A stretch of 64,000 nt of DNA from Candidatus Moanibacter sp. Its GTDB lineage: Bacteria > Verrucomicrobiota > Verrucomicrobiia > Opitutales > UBA2987. The DNA lies in contig CBDCEW010000094.1 of assembly GCA_965215885.1 (NCBI GenBank), forward strand, positions 65,416 to 129,415. The letters are read 5' to 3'. Below are positions 51,652 through 63,051 of the stretch, one piece after another. The notes under the pieces are model-generated. The model was not told where the DNA came from, did no database searches, and saw only the letters and a list, made by a program, of their open reading frames with translations. Numbering within the stretch: position 1 is the stretch's first letter; the number at the start of each line of letters is the position of its first letter. Position numbers and translations under genes: made by a program.

Positions 51652-52002
51652 TTGACACAGGCAAACAGCCAGACCGGGTTGGTTGGAGCGATTCGTGGAT
51701 GTTCCTCGTGGCAAGACATCCAAGAAAAGTGGCGGACCTTCACCAAAAAGCGAAAGGGCGATCTTTTTGAAGAACTCGTGAAAGCCTTCCTTCGGCTTGA
51801 GCCAGAGTATGCAAGTAAGATCAAGAGTGTCTGGTTGCAGCGAGATGTGCCGCAAGCCCTGAGGCGGAAACTCAAACTGCCCACCGACGATCAAGGTATC
51901 GATCTCGTCGCTGAGACCAACGATGGTGAGTTCTGGGCGATCCAGTGCAAATATCGTCAGGACACCACCCGTCAACCCACTGTAGAAGCTAAGACGCTGT
52001 AA
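51652..52002 (+). pseudogene. N-terminal Mrr-like nuclease domain of a type ISP/helicase restriction protein, truncated
   Basis: KGDLFEEL...DQGIDLVAETNDGEFWAIQCKY (PD-(D/E)xK variant QCK); cut at 51969 by the 240-bp element. Confidence 0.8.
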
Positions 52003-52229
52003 ACCGTTGGATATTAGGTTTCTGCGCTATATATAAACTACTTATGCAATTATACGCTTTGCTTGTTCAAAGACACCTTGCGGTATCAGGCGGCAAAATA
52101 CTTGCGAGGAACAGCCTTTTTGGCGAGGACAATTTTGGACAGGCAAGGCGGGGGGGGGCGCGCGACCGCAAGAAAATTCTTAGGAGGATATGGATTCAGG
52201 GCCCCAGTAGAAAGTCGTGCAAAGGGGCC
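51969..52229. mobile_element. ~240-260-bp non-coding dispersed element (copy B)
   Basis: Near-identical to 46869-47110. Confidence 0.8.
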
Positions 52230-52468
52230 ATTCGTCCGGACACTGATTTCGGCAGTTTCATAAGGAGAGATATTGTTCTATCATCAGAACGTGAGACAGG
52301 ATGTCCCGAATCGCCAGTTGGTCTCATTCGAACCAAAGGAGCTCGGCCGTGACCCAGCGTGAATTGATACAGATTGACTCGGATTTCAGAACAATTCTCT
52401 ACAAGAAAGCTTTCGGACGCTAAGTCCGACAGATTCCTAAGTTGTTAGATTGATAAGAAATCGTTTTT

Positions 52469-53787
52469 CAGTACTGTCCGGTTATAAGTCAAACAACTCC
52501 AACTGTTTAGGAATGCGGTGTTCATTGAAAGTGTAATCGGTTTCTGTAAGTAGTTCAGTCATAGGAGTTTTCTCAAATAGGGTGAAGCTGAGAATCTGTA
52601 GGATTTTGTGCAAACTGATCTCCAGGCGAAGGCGTTTGCGGATGATGGCGATGAGCACATAGACGCTGACGGCAATCCAGATTTGAGTCTTCACAGCATT
52701 CTCGGAGGTGCCGAAAAAGCTCTTGATGCGCAAGTGCTGTTTGATCCATTTGAAGAACAATTCGATCTGCCAGCGTAAACGGTAAATCTGGGTGATGATT
52801 ATGGCTGGGAGGGCAAACTGGTTGGTGAGAAACACGAAGCGCTCGGAACTGTCGGGGTCGAGGTAAGTGATACGCCGGAGTCTTTCGGGGTAGGCCTTGG
52901 CAGGATAGAAGCTGACCAGGGCAACGGTCTGGTCCGAACGCAGACCGGTTGATTTGTCGACCTTTTGAGAGTAGAGGCGGCGAAACTGAAAGCCGCGGCG
53001 GGCGCGTGTGACGAAGAAAGAACCGCATTGTGCGATCCGATAGAGGCGCTCGTAATGCAGATAGGCTCGGTCCATTACATAGTAAGCACCGGCCTCGGGG
53101 ATGATGAGATCCAGAATGTTTACGTCGTGAACTTTTCCATCGGTAATCTCGATAAAATAAGGGATAGAGCCTCTGAGATCGAGAAGCGTATGGACCTTCA
53201 CCGCCCCCTTGTGCTTGCGGAAACGTGCCCACGGGAAGAGTGATAGACATAGATCGATCGTGGTGGAGTCCAGAGCGTAGAGCGTATTGTCCAGGTCGAT
53301 GCCCAGATCCTCGTTTGAATACAAAGGACGAGCCATTGCGATGAGGACCTGTGCAAAGTCGGCGTAGATGCGCCAGTCTCGTTTCTCGTTGGCATCGGCG
53401 AGCGTGCTTTTGGATACTCCGCTTCGAAGCCCTGCGTGGTATAGTTTTGGTTGTACTGCCCGCAGGCAGGTTTCGATGTCGCGCAGACTCTCCCGGTAGG
53501 TCAACTCGGCAAAACCCATGCAGAGAAATTGTTCGAAGCAACTGAACTTTTGAACTTTGTAGTCGCCTCCGTAGCGTTGGACGCAACGATGGAACTGATG
53601 GCGCGGAAGATAATCTATGATTTGAGAAAAAACGAATCGACCTGTATACATGATTTGGACCCTCGAAATTTTTGAGAGTCCACAAGGCTTTTTGCAATTT
53701 CAAGTCGAAAACAGCAGAAATCATATGTAAAATGTTGGTTATCAATCGATTAACCTGCGTTCCTAGAAAAACAACCGGACAGTAGTG
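52469..53787 (-). mobile_element. IS4-family insertion sequence
   Basis: TIRs CAGTACTGTCCGGTT / AACCGGACAGTAGTG; 9-bp TSD ATCGTTTTT at 52460-52468 and 53788-53796. Confidence 0.95.
52482..53651 (-). CDS. IS4-family transposase (DUF4372 + DDE)
   Basis: LDSTTIDL, MDRAY and YRLRWQIELFFKWIKQHL motifs. Confidence 0.96.
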   Translation of the reverse strand: MYTGRFVFSQIIDYLPRHQFHRCVQRYGGDYKVQKFSCFEQFLCMGFAELTYRESLRDIETCLRAVQPKLYHAGLRSGVSKSTLADANEKRDWRIYADFAQVLIAMARPLYSNEDLGIDLDNTLYALDSTTIDLCLSLFPWARFRKHKGAVKVHTLLDLRGSIPYFIEITDGKVHDVNILDLIIPEAGAYYVMDRAYLHYERLYRIAQCGSFFVTRARRGFQFRRLYSQKVDKSTGLRSDQTVALVSFYPAKAYPERLRRITYLDPDSSERFVFLTNQFALPAIIITQIYRLRWQIELFFKWIKQHLRIKSFFGTSENAVKTQIWIAVSVYVLIAIIRKRLRLEISLHKILQILSFTLFEKTPMTELLTETDYTFNEHRIPKQLELFDL

Positions 53788-53826
53788 ATCGTTTTTCTAT
53801 TCGTTTACATTCGAAAAAGACTGATA

Positions 53827-55489
53827 ATGAAACAAACAACCTTCGTCGAATCAGGAACGCCGATATGCGCCCGACTCGCCGGCCACGGGCTCGACTGTCG
53901 TCCCGGTCATATCTATTTGGATCCAGGTCGCGACTTCGTTTACGGTGACCGAGGCATCGGGCCCGGGGAGTTCCGCATTACAGCACGGCTGTCACTTCAT
54001 AGGGCCCCTGTGCACCAGCAGTTTATTCGAATGCCGAGGGAAGACGAAGGCCATGCGGCGTTCTGCTTTTCCGGGGGAGACATTTGGAGAGGCGGAGAAA
54101 ACGAGCTTAAGGTCAGCGGTTTCGTGCCGCCGGAGGTGCGCAGACATAGTAGATTTGGCTTTGGTCATGAGGGAAGGATCTACGTGGATGGACCGCTATT
54201 CGGGGGACTCAAGCTTCTTGATGCGACGAAGAGCTTTATTGCGGCGGAAAGGCTGTTTGACTTCGAGGTGGCTCGAACAGGTAGCCGGGTACGATTCTTA
54301 CTTGATGGTCAAGTCGCCTACGAAACAATATTTGACGAGGAGCTGTTCGGAAAGGTCGGATTTACCGCCGGCCAGGGCGTGATGCACCTGCGGGATTTCG
54401 AGGCACACGGAAACACCTACGACCTTGACTGGCAGCGTTCACAGCCGGTCGGCTATACTATTCCCGTGGCCGACATCACTGACCAGCCGCATCGACAGTG
54501 TGGCCAGAGGAAGCGAGACCGTCAACTATCAGCACCCCTCCACGGTCCTCCTGGGAGACGGGAGGACGATTTTGTGCCCCTGGACCTACGAGCACGGCGG
54601 TGCGTTAGGCCCGATGAAGCGAAGCGAAAACGGCGGCCTGAGTTGGCAACGGGTGCAAACACCGGAGGACTGGTCCGCGGTGGAAAACTGTCCAACTATT
54701 CATCGTCTTAGCGGCCCTGACGGCGTCGAGCGTCTGATCGTTCAGGCTGGAAGCAAAGGGGCCATGATGCAGGCCGTATCCGAGGACGGCGGAGTAACCT
54801 GGAGCAATATGACGCCGACCGGTATTTCCTGCACGGTGGCGCCCATTACGATCGAGCCGATCTCAGGCGGGAGGCACCTTGCGCTCTTTCACAAAGGGAG
54901 GCGAATTTTCATGAGTATCTCGTCCGACGGCGGGCTCACGTGGTCCGAGCAACGCAAGATCGCCGAAGAGCAGGATGCGTACTTGTGCGAGCCCGCAATC
55001 ATCAGGTCCCCGAACGGGAAACAGCTCGCGGCCGGCATGCGGGAAAACTCCAGATGGTACAACTCCTGCGTCGTGTTCAGCAACGACGAAGGAGCGACGT
55101 GGAGCGGCCCCGAGGAACTCCCCGGCAGCCTGAACGGAGACCGGCATCTTGCCCGCTACGACGCGGATGGGCGCATCGTTATGGTGTTCAGAGACACCGG
55201 TCTGTGCAGCAAGACCATGGCAGATTTTGTGGGCTGGGTCGGGACCTATGAGGATCTCGTGGGAAAACGCGAAGGGCAGTACCGGCTACGGCTCATCGCC
55301 AACAGCAGGTATGCTCACGACGGCTGGACAGGGTATCCTGGACTGGAGCGGCTGCCGGATGGAACTTTTGTGGCGACCACTTACGCCGTAATCGAGGCGG
55401 GGCACAAGGGTTCGATCGTGTCGGTGAGGTTCAAGCTGAGCGACACTGATGAGCTGGTGGAGCAACAGGAAAGTATCCCGATGGTTTGA
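53827..55489 (+). pseudogene. Family-B BNR sialidase-like gene, frameshifted near 54500
   Basis: ORFs 53785..54711 and 54425..55489 together align with 40431..42014 (DITDQPHRQ | VARGSETVNYQHPST). Confidence 0.85.
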
Positions 55490-55523
55490 TGTTATTCTGG
55501 GACTTCAGAGGAAGGAATTTGCT

Positions 55524-55784
55524 TTGACAAAGATCGTAATCATCGGCGCGGGATCGGGGTTCGGTGGGCGGCTGTCGATTGACATTCTATCGCGGGAACG
55601 GCTGCAGGATGCGACGAGCGGGCTGTGTGATATCAACGAGGAGTGGTTGAATCAGGTGCACGACTATGTGAACCGGGCGATCCAAGCGCACCAGTTGCCG
55701 GCTACCTGCATGGCGAGCACGGACCGGATGATGTTGCTGCCGGACGCGGATTTTGTGGTGACAGCGGCATCAACGGTTCGCTAA
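55524..55784 (+). pseudogene. GH4 (NAD-dependent alpha-galactosidase/glucosidase) N-terminal relic
   Basis: KIVIIGAGSGFG...LCDIN...STDR...DADFVVTA, then premature stop. Confidence 0.8.
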
Positions 55785-55843
55785 ATCTGGGGCTAGCATC
55801 CTCTGGACGATGAAAGCGCCTCTCTGGAACAGGAGTAGAACAC

Positions 55844-56256
55844 ATGGATAACAGGAAACAGGAAACTCTCGTTTTGATTGACAAAGGAAGCCTTCACGAT
55901 GTCTTCCTGACAGCCCAGGTGTATCTCGAAGAGGACTGTCTTCGCCTGCTGTGCGGCCGTTCCATGGCCTTTTCGAGAAAGGAGATAGGAAAAGGAGACT
56001 TTCAGATCAGAGCTGAGATCTGCATCAAAGACAAAACGCCGTTCCACCAAAGGGAATATCTCCATCGAAGCCGTTATTACCCCAATGCGGCTTTCCTGTT
56101 CAGCGGCGGAAGGTCGTGGGAAATGGGAGAGGTGGATTTGCGCATGAGTGCGTATATTCCAGAAACGGTGAAAAAGTACAACACATTCGAGTTCACCCAA
56201 AGAGGGTTTTTCAGACTAAAAGGTCCCATTTTGAATAATCTTCAAAAAGACATTCT
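55844..56256 (+). pseudogene. Truncated gene resembling the family-B N-terminal domain, cut by an IS
   Basis: EIGKGDFQIRAEI resembles GIGEGDFHLTARL and GIGPGEFRITARL; AGGAG RBS; runs into the IS left end. Confidence 0.5.
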
Positions 56257-58176
56257 AGACCTTATCCGAAAAGCTACTGATTGGCCGCAAAGAGGCGCAA
56301 AAGGCGCAAGAAAAACTTGAGAAAAATCAGTTTTTCGGCTTGATAAAAAGTGTCGTAACATACTAGTGTTTAACAACTTAAGATTAAGAAATGAGTTAAA
56401 CATGCCAACATGTGCGACAGAGGAGAACAAAAGCGACAAGACGCCCCTTAGCAACCTCATTCTGCCGGTTCCAGACACGGATTTTCGTGATTTTCTGGAT
56501 GAAGTTGAAGAATTGGCCGGGTTCGCGGCGCAAATCATCGAGGCGATCGAGAAGGATCTGGACGCCCATGCGCGTGAGAAGAAGAAACTTCGATTGGAAG
56601 ATCGAAGGTTCTTTGAAGGGCGCACAGCGGAGCTGCCGGAGCTGGACATCGAGGAGGAGAATATTCTGGCTGCTGAATTGAATCTTGCGGTAGGCCGGCC
56701 GCGGATGCCGGCTTATGCGGTATACGTGTTCGTGATGATTCGTGGGTTTCTCGGTTCGTTGACCACGAAACCGGCACGGCGGTTTCTGCGCGAGTCGATG
56801 AGCTTGTACGGATTTCTTCAGAGGCGGGGACTGAGGATGCCGGCGGTGACGACGATTCTGGAGAACGTGAACCTGGTCAGCCATAGGACCCGCGAGCTGA
56901 TCTTTGATAAACAGATTGGGTTTATCCTCCAGGAGCAATGGGACGATTTCGGGAAGCTGACGATCGACAGCACCTCGGTGAAAGCAAACAGCTGCTGGCC
57001 CACCGATGGGAGGATTCTGAGCGGTCTTTTGATGCGGGCCAATCGTTTGGGTCAGAAGTTGCATATATTCGGGCTGGAGGATTTTCGCAAGGGATGGGTT
57101 GGGCGTTGGCTGCAGGAGATGGACAAGCTGGAGTTTCAGATTTGTCTGGCCGCGGGCAAACCGAAGTCGAAGGGCAAGCTGAAGAAACACTACCGGCGGT
57201 TGCTCAAGCGGGGCCACAAGGCGGCCGACTCACTAACGGGGGAACTGAGCCATCTTGAAGAGGGCCTGTCGATGGATTCACTGCCTCCCACTCGCCGGGA
57301 GCTTCTGAAGCGGGTATTGAGCCAGATCAGGCGCGATATTGCCGACGCCAAGCGGGTTGTTGAGTATGCTCATGATCGGGTGTTTCACGAAAAGAAGCTA
57401 CCGTCCACGCAGAAGGTCCTGAGCCTGTCGGACGGATCGGCGGTCTACATCAAGAAGGGCAGCCGCAATCCAGTCATCGGGTACAAGCCACAACTGGTTC
57501 GCAGCGAAAACGGTTTTGTCACCAGCTTGATCGTACCGCAAGGCAATGCGGCAGACTCCATTGAGCTGGCGCCGGCCATCGGCGATTCGATCAAGCGCAC
57601 CGGTGTCATTGCTGAACTGATCAGCACCGATGACGGATATGCTTCGGCGAAGGGGCGCAAGGAGGTGCTGGGCATGGGGGTAAAGCAGATCAGTATCAGT
57701 GGGGCGAAGGGCAAGAAGTTGACCACCCCCGAGGACCGGGAGAGCGAGGCGTATCGCGAGGCACGCCGCAATCGCTCCGCAGTGGAGTCGCTGATGTTCA
57801 CGATTAAAGATGGATTTGCCTTTGGCGAACTCGGCCGCCGCGGCATCGATGCGGTAGGCGATGAACTGCTCGAGAAGGTTCTGGCCTACAACTTCTGCCG
57901 CATCATACTGATGAAGAAACGACGACGGGAGGAACTGGAACAGGCGGCCTGAATCTGACCGCTTTGCAGCTCGGAGAAAAAAGCACCACGGGATGAGTAT
58001 GCCTCCAAACAGCGGCAAATATGCGTATTGTGCAGCAAGCCACGCCGATGGCCGCTCAATACCTGCTCATCGGCAGCGTCGGCAGCCTGAAACCCGACGC
58101 CTGCCAGCCATAGGCTGGTCCGCCTGTGGCGGAAAACCTGAAACCGTCCGCTCGAAAGGCTTTTCGAATGGGGTCT
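56257..58176 (+). mobile_element. IS5/ISNCY-like insertion sequence
   Basis: TIRs AGACCTTATCCGAAAAGC / GCTTTTCGAATGGGGTCT; second copy starts at 63688. Confidence 0.88.
56402..57952 (+). CDS. DDE transposase (IS5/ISNCY-like)
   Basis: GRP, IDSTSVKANSCWPTD, STDDGYAS and RSAVESL motifs. Confidence 0.88.
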   Translation: MPTCATEENKSDKTPLSNLILPVPDTDFRDFLDEVEELAGFAAQIIEAIEKDLDAHAREKKKLRLEDRRFFEGRTAELPELDIEEENILAAELNLAVGRPRMPAYAVYVFVMIRGFLGSLTTKPARRFLRESMSLYGFLQRRGLRMPAVTTILENVNLVSHRTRELIFDKQIGFILQEQWDDFGKLTIDSTSVKANSCWPTDGRILSGLLMRANRLGQKLHIFGLEDFRKGWVGRWLQEMDKLEFQICLAAGKPKSKGKLKKHYRRLLKRGHKAADSLTGELSHLEEGLSMDSLPPTRRELLKRVLSQIRRDIADAKRVVEYAHDRVFHEKKLPSTQKVLSLSDGSAVYIKKGSRNPVIGYKPQLVRSENGFVTSLIVPQGNAADSIELAPAIGDSIKRTGVIAELISTDDGYASAKGRKEVLGMGVKQISISGAKGKKLTTPEDRESEAYREARRNRSAVESLMFTIKDGFAFGELGRRGIDAVGDELLEKVLAYNFCRIILMKKRRREELEQAA

Positions 58177-58217
58177 GGCTACGGCGAAAAATAAAATATA
58201 AGAAAATATAAGGAAAA

Positions 58218-59581
58218 TATAAGGGACAGGCACTTATACACTGGACAGGGCGCGAAAAATGCGTATATTGGAGGGATGAGAAAGCGCAGGATAAAAGTTT
58301 CAGGAAGACGGGCGGTGTACCACTGCATGACCCGCATAGTGAACAAGGAGCGGTTGATCGAAGGGTTCGCCCGGGAGGTGTTAAGAAAGCAGCTGTGGCA
58401 GGTGGCGGACTTCAGCGGGGTGGAGGTATTGACCTACTGCATTTTGAGTACACATTTTCATGTACTTTTGGGGGTACCGGACAGGGAGCGGGTGGAAGTG
58501 AGTGATGCAGAGTTGATGCGGCGCTATCGGGTATTGTATCCGAAACCTACGAAGTATCAGGAGGCCGAGGCAAAGGTGATGGAGGTGCAGCTTGCAAAAG
58601 GAGGCGAGGAGAGGGAAGTGATACGGCGGCAGCTATTGGGGCGGATGCACGATGTGTCGGAATATATGAAGAGTTTAAAGCAGCGTTTCTCGATCTGGTA
58701 TAACCGCAACCACGGGAGGGTGGGGACATTGTGGAGTGAGCGTTTCAAGAGCACCCTGGTGGAAGGAAGCGAAGCGGCCATGCGGATCGTAGCGGCCTAC
58801 ATTGACTTAAACCCGGTGCGGGCGAAGCTGGTGGAGGATCCGAAGGAGTATCGCTGGAGCGGGTATGGAGAGGCGATGGGAGGAGCAGTCCGAGCGCGGG
58901 GAGGGATCTGCGTAGCGTTGCGGAGGCCGGAGGAGAGGCAGATGAGGTGGAGCAGAGCGGCGATGGAGTATCGCAAGCTGCTGTACTGCAAGGGGGCGAC
59001 AGCAGCGCCCGGGAAAGGGCCGGGATCAGCCATGATAGAGGAGGAGCAGTGGAGAGCGGTGATGGAGAAGGGGGGAAAGTTGCCGGTAGCGGCGGCCTTG
59101 AGGTGCCGGGTAAGGTATTTTACGGATGGAGCGGTACTGGGATCGCGTGAGTATGTGAATAGTGTCTACACAGAGTTTCGCGAACAGATAGGGGGCAAAC
59201 GAAGAGCGGGACCCCGACCGATGAAAGGGAGCGACTGGGAGGGACTAATGGTGTTGCGGGCCCTGCGCAAAGAGGTCTTCGGGTAGGAAAACACGGCCGA
59301 TATTGCTGGATATTTCGAGGCGAAAAGGGGAGCGCTTCCTCGCGTTCAGATTGTAAGATCGGCATTGAGAGGCAGGGGATTCCTCGGGAAAGGAGGGGAT
59401 TCTCCTTCTTTGTGACGACGGGAAGGATGAAAATGGAACCTCCGAGGCATTTTCATAATCGCAACGGTGATATCTCCGGCAGGTTGACCAGGTTCGGGGC
59501 AAGTTCAGGCGCGCAAGTTTGGTAAAAGGGAAGGAATTGGCCCTGGAAATTGAAAAGTGTATAAGAAGCCTGTCCCTTATA
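58218..59581 (+). mobile_element. RAYT element bounded by inverted repeats
   Basis: TATAAGGGACAGGCACTTATACACT (58218-58242) and inverted AGTGTATAAGAAGCCTGTCCCTTATA (59556-59581). Confidence 0.7.
58276..59286 (+). CDS. REP-associated tyrosine (HUH/Y1) transposase, RAYT
   Basis: YHCMTR, YCILSTHFHVLL (HUH), GTLWSERFKS, YIDLNPVRA and YRWSGY motifs. Confidence 0.92.
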   Translation: MRKRRIKVSGRRAVYHCMTRIVNKERLIEGFAREVLRKQLWQVADFSGVEVLTYCILSTHFHVLLGVPDRERVEVSDAELMRRYRVLYPKPTKYQEAEAKVMEVQLAKGGEEREVIRRQLLGRMHDVSEYMKSLKQRFSIWYNRNHGRVGTLWSERFKSTLVEGSEAAMRIVAAYIDLNPVRAKLVEDPKEYRWSGYGEAMGGAVRARGGICVALRRPEERQMRWSRAAMEYRKLLYCKGATAAPGKGPGSAMIEEEQWRAVMEKGGKLPVAAALRCRVRYFTDGAVLGSREYVNSVYTEFREQIGGKRRAGPRPMKGSDWEGLMVLRALRKEVFG

Positions 59582-59788
59582 AGGATTTGGTTGGGGAGAA
59601 AAAATGGTATTGCGTTGATAAGGTTGACGGTATTTCTTATGAGCCCCGAGCGCGGGTTTACCGCGGTAATCGACTACTCCAAGGCAAAGGAACTCTACTG
59701 TGAGACTGAGGCGGATATGAGAGGAGGCTTTTTGGAGGAGAAGAGACTTGACGGCTTGGAACAACCGGGAGGGAAAAGATAAAGGAGA

Positions 59789-61408
59789 ATGAAATTCATC
59801 TTTATAACGGGCGGAGTTGTATCCTCCTTGGGTAAGGGACTCACTACAGCGGCATTGGGCGCTTTGCTGGAGCAACGCGGATTGAAAGTGATGCTACAGA
59901 AATTCGATCCCTACCTTAATGTGGATCCGGGAACAATGAATCCCTTCCAGCATGGTGAAGTATACGTTCTTGATGACGGAGCCGAGACTGATCTGGACTT
60001 GGGTCATTACGAGCGTTTTACCTCAGTCAAACTGTCACGTATAAATAGCCTCACCTCCGGTCAGATATACGAATTGCTCATATCAAATGAGAGGCGGGGT
60101 GAGTATCTGGGTCAAACGGTTCAGGTCATCCCGCATGTCACTAACGAGATCAAGAGGCGCATACACTCTGTAGGGGGCGATGTCGACATATTGGTAACGG
60201 AGATTGGCGGGACAGTAGGGGACATTGAGGGACTTCCTTTTCTGGAGGCAATGCGGCAATTCTCTCTCGAAGTGGGCAAAGAGAATGTGCTCTTCATTCA
60301 CCTCACATTAGTGCCTTATCTTGTTGCGGCCGGTGAACTGAAGACGAAACCCAGCCAGCAGAGCGTGGCAAAATTGCGCGAGATCGGTATTCAACCCGAC
60401 ATCCTTATCTGCAGAACGGAACAGGCCCTGCCGTTGGACCTGCGCCAGAAATTGAGCCTTTTCTGCAATGTCCCGGTTAAAGCGGTAATCGAAGAGCAGG
60501 ATGTAGAGCACTCTATTTACGAACTTCCTCTCATGCTCGAGCAAGAGAACCTGGATGATCTCGTTATCGAGCTTCTCAATTTGGGAGATTACCCGCAGGT
60601 AGAAAATGGCTGGGACAATGTGGTGCGCCGGCTCAAATATCCGGCCCACCGAGTTGATATTGGGGTGGTAGGAAAGTATATCGAGTTACAAGATGCCTAC
60701 AAATCGGTATACGAGTCGCTCACACATGGCGGAATTGCGAACGATTGCGCTCTTAATATTCACCGTATCGACTCGGAATCGCTGGAGGAGGGCGACCACC
60801 ACAGGCGTCTACTCGAGCTCGATGGTATCTTGGTTCCAGGGGGTTTCGGGAGCCGAGGAATTGAAGGAAAAATCCTCGCTGCTAAGCTGGCGCGCGAAAG
60901 CAAGGTTCCCTATTTCGGGCTCTGTCTTGGCATGCAGATAGCGGTTATCGAATTCGCCCGTAGTGTGATCGAGATCGAGGGAGCAAACAGCACGGAATTT
61001 GCCGATGAGGTAACCGATCCGGTTATTGATATTATGGAAGATCAGAAGTCTCTCGTGGAAAAGGGAGCGACGATGCGTCTGGGGGCGTATGATTGCGAAT
61101 TAGTCAACTGTTCCCGCACGCAGAAAGCCTACGGCGAGGAGCGGGTGCGCGAACGGCATCGTCACCGTTACGAGTTTAACAACAGATACCGCGAACGTTT
61201 CGAAGAGGCCGGGTTCAGAGTTGCCGGAATCAATCCTAGGAGTGACCTCGTTGAAATTATGGAACTCGTCGATCACCCTTGGTATATCGGTGTGCAATTT
61301 CACCCTGAGTTTCAATCCAAACCTCGGCAGGCTCATCCCCTTTTCGCAAGTTTTGTAGCTGCCGCCCTCGACCGTCGAAAGCAGAGGGGTGGAGGCGGAC
61401 TGGAGTAG
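59789..61408 (+). CDS. pyrG: CTP synthase
   Basis: [35 protein letters not shown] and QFHPEF motifs. Confidence 0.99.
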   Translation: MKFIFITGGVVSSLGKGLTTAALGALLEQRGLKVMLQKFDPYLNVDPGTMNPFQHGEVYVLDDGAETDLDLGHYERFTSVKLSRINSLTSGQIYELLISNERRGEYLGQTVQVIPHVTNEIKRRIHSVGGDVDILVTEIGGTVGDIEGLPFLEAMRQFSLEVGKENVLFIHLTLVPYLVAAGELKTKPSQQSVAKLREIGIQPDILICRTEQALPLDLRQKLSLFCNVPVKAVIEEQDVEHSIYELPLMLEQENLDDLVIELLNLGDYPQVENGWDNVVRRLKYPAHRVDIGVVGKYIELQDAYKSVYESLTHGGIANDCALNIHRIDSESLEEGDHHRRLLELDGILVPGGFGSRGIEGKILAAKLARESKVPYFGLCLGMQIAVIEFARSVIEIEGANSTEFADEVTDPVIDIMEDQKSLVEKGATMRLGAYDCELVNCSRTQKAYGEERVRERHRHRYEFNNRYRERFEEAGFRVAGINPRSDLVEIMELVDHPWYIGVQFHPEFQSKPRQAHPLFASFVAAALDRRKQRGGGGLE

Positions 61409-61414
61409 GGCGCG

Positions 61415-62275
61415 ATGCTTATCTTGTATCTGATAAGCAAGTTTCTGAGAAAATATCTGAAAGATAGTTTAGTACTCGGAGCATTTTCGATTTTCCTGTC
61501 AGGCCTGCTCGCGTCGTGTTCGTCCTCTGAGACTGAAAATGATGCAGGGCAGAGTTTGCCTTCGATTGAGGCGGCCGCATCTTCCGACCCGGCGATAGTT
61601 CCGCCCAGGGAAGGAGATTGGGATCAGATGTGGTCGGGTTTGAGGGACTTGCCCTCAGTGAGTCTGCCGATATCCTCAGGTGAGGCAACAGCCTTTCTCA
61701 AGGAACTAAATGAGAAAGGAAGCCTCCCGGAGAGCGAATTTCAGCCGCGCTACATGTATTTGGACATTCCCATTCCGAATGGATCGGTGAAGGCGTTGGC
61801 TCTCTACACAGACACAAAGATATTAAAGCCGGGGACGATGGCCCTGGCGAATCCGACGGTGGAGGCACTCAAATTCGCGCTATTCGATGGGCACGCCGAG
61901 GGTCTCGCGTTTAATCCTTTCAGCACGGTGAGTGGACAGAAAGTATTCACTTATACGATCGATAAATTCTACATCGCGCGCTTGATTGGTTACTTGCAGG
62001 CGGAGCCGGCGCCGCCAGGAGAAAACGCCCGGAAAGCGAACGAATCGAAAAGGAAAAATAAGCCCTACGAAGCACTCTATTACAGTGTGCGCGCGCTCGA
62101 TCTCGGAGAGAAATGGGAAAAGGCGGAGATTTCTAAAATGTGGGCTCTGCATACGATCGATTTTCCGGGAGCGCAAGGGATAGCTGCCAGCGAGCTGGAC
62201 TGGTTCTTGAAGAAATATGGAAGCACTCCAGAAGGCGAAGCATTGCTGAAAGCGATTCGAGCGAAGGAGAATTGA
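61415..62275 (+). CDS. Hypothetical lipoprotein
   Basis: Lipobox-like LLASC after a hydrophobic segment; follows pyrG closely. Confidence 0.65.
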   Translation: MLILYLISKFLRKYLKDSLVLGAFSIFLSGLLASCSSSETENDAGQSLPSIEAAASSDPAIVPPREGDWDQMWSGLRDLPSVSLPISSGEATAFLKELNEKGSLPESEFQPRYMYLDIPIPNGSVKALALYTDTKILKPGTMALANPTVEALKFALFDGHAEGLAFNPFSTVSGQKVFTYTIDKFYIARLIGYLQAEPAPPGENARKANESKRKNKPYEALYYSVRALDLGEKWEKAEISKMWALHTIDFPGAQGIAASELDWFLKKYGSTPEGEALLKAIRAKEN

Positions 62276-62364
62276 GGATCCGTCGCGATCTAACCGAGAC
62301 TGTATCTGAAGAATGCTAAACAGTCTTTGGAATCGCGCGATAATGCCGTATTGCATTTCACATT

Positions 62365-62892
62365 ATGACGATTACTCCTGGCGAATTTCTACTTTCATTT
62401 GTTCTGTTTCATTTTCTTCTCCGATTGGCCTTTCCGTTTGCTACGCTGTTGCATGAGGTCGGACACGCGCTGGGCGTAATCCTTCTTACGCAACATTCAG
62501 CAACTGTGAGAATCGGAGAGGGGAACAGGATGATCCGATTTCAGATTGGGCGGGTGAAGTTTCAGCTAAGCTCGTCGAATCCTTCCTGCGGATTTTGCAA
62601 ATACTCCCGAAATAAAACAACGCGCTTGCAGCAGATCATAATTGCGCTGGCTGGACCCCTGTGGTCCCTTTTATTCTGTACTCTGTCGCTGGTGTTTCTA
62701 TTGTGGGTAAACACCCCACTTTGGGGCCGGTTTTTCAGCGCGGTATTCCTTTACGCCAATCTGTATCTCTTTGTCTGCTCTACCTTGCCAATGCACCGTG
62801 AGAAGAGTCCCAACCTGAAGAGCGAGTGGGAAAGTGATGGTTACGCGATTCTAAAAATGTTGAAAACAGGAGTCAGTTCGTTGAGTAAGTGA
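62365..62892 (+). CDS. M50 family (site-2) metallopeptidase
   Basis: LLHEVGH, IALAGPL and SDG motifs. Confidence 0.85.
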   Translation: MTITPGEFLLSFVLFHFLLRLAFPFATLLHEVGHALGVILLTQHSATVRIGEGNRMIRFQIGRVKFQLSSSNPSCGFCKYSRNKTTRLQQIIIALAGPLWSLLFCTLSLVFLLWVNTPLWGRFFSAVFLYANLYLFVCSTLPMHREKSPNLKSEWESDGYAILKMLKTGVSSLSK

Positions 62893-63051
62893 AAGCTGGG
62901 CGGGCTCGAAGGGAAGCATCGCAAAGACATTGGAAAGGGAACCGCTAATGATGCATGGGAACCCAAATGGGCTTGGCGGGTAAATGTCCGAGTGCGAGGT
63001 TAATGGCTAAGGTAAGCCGCCTTCTCGCAAGTGTTGGGAACAGACAGGAGT

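Noticed and set aside
52573..53745. 390-aa ORF overlapping the IS4 transposase
   Set aside because: Alternative frame on the same strand with no recognisable motifs; the 52482..53651 frame holds the DDE motifs
54480..54520. Programmed frameshift in the family-B gene (and at ~9985 in PhyH)
   Set aside because: No slippery heptamer seen; a small indel or sequencing error is more parsimonious
59453..59875. ORFs between RAYT and pyrG
   Set aside because: No motifs; the region contains the RAYT right inverted repeat and the probable pyrG promoter
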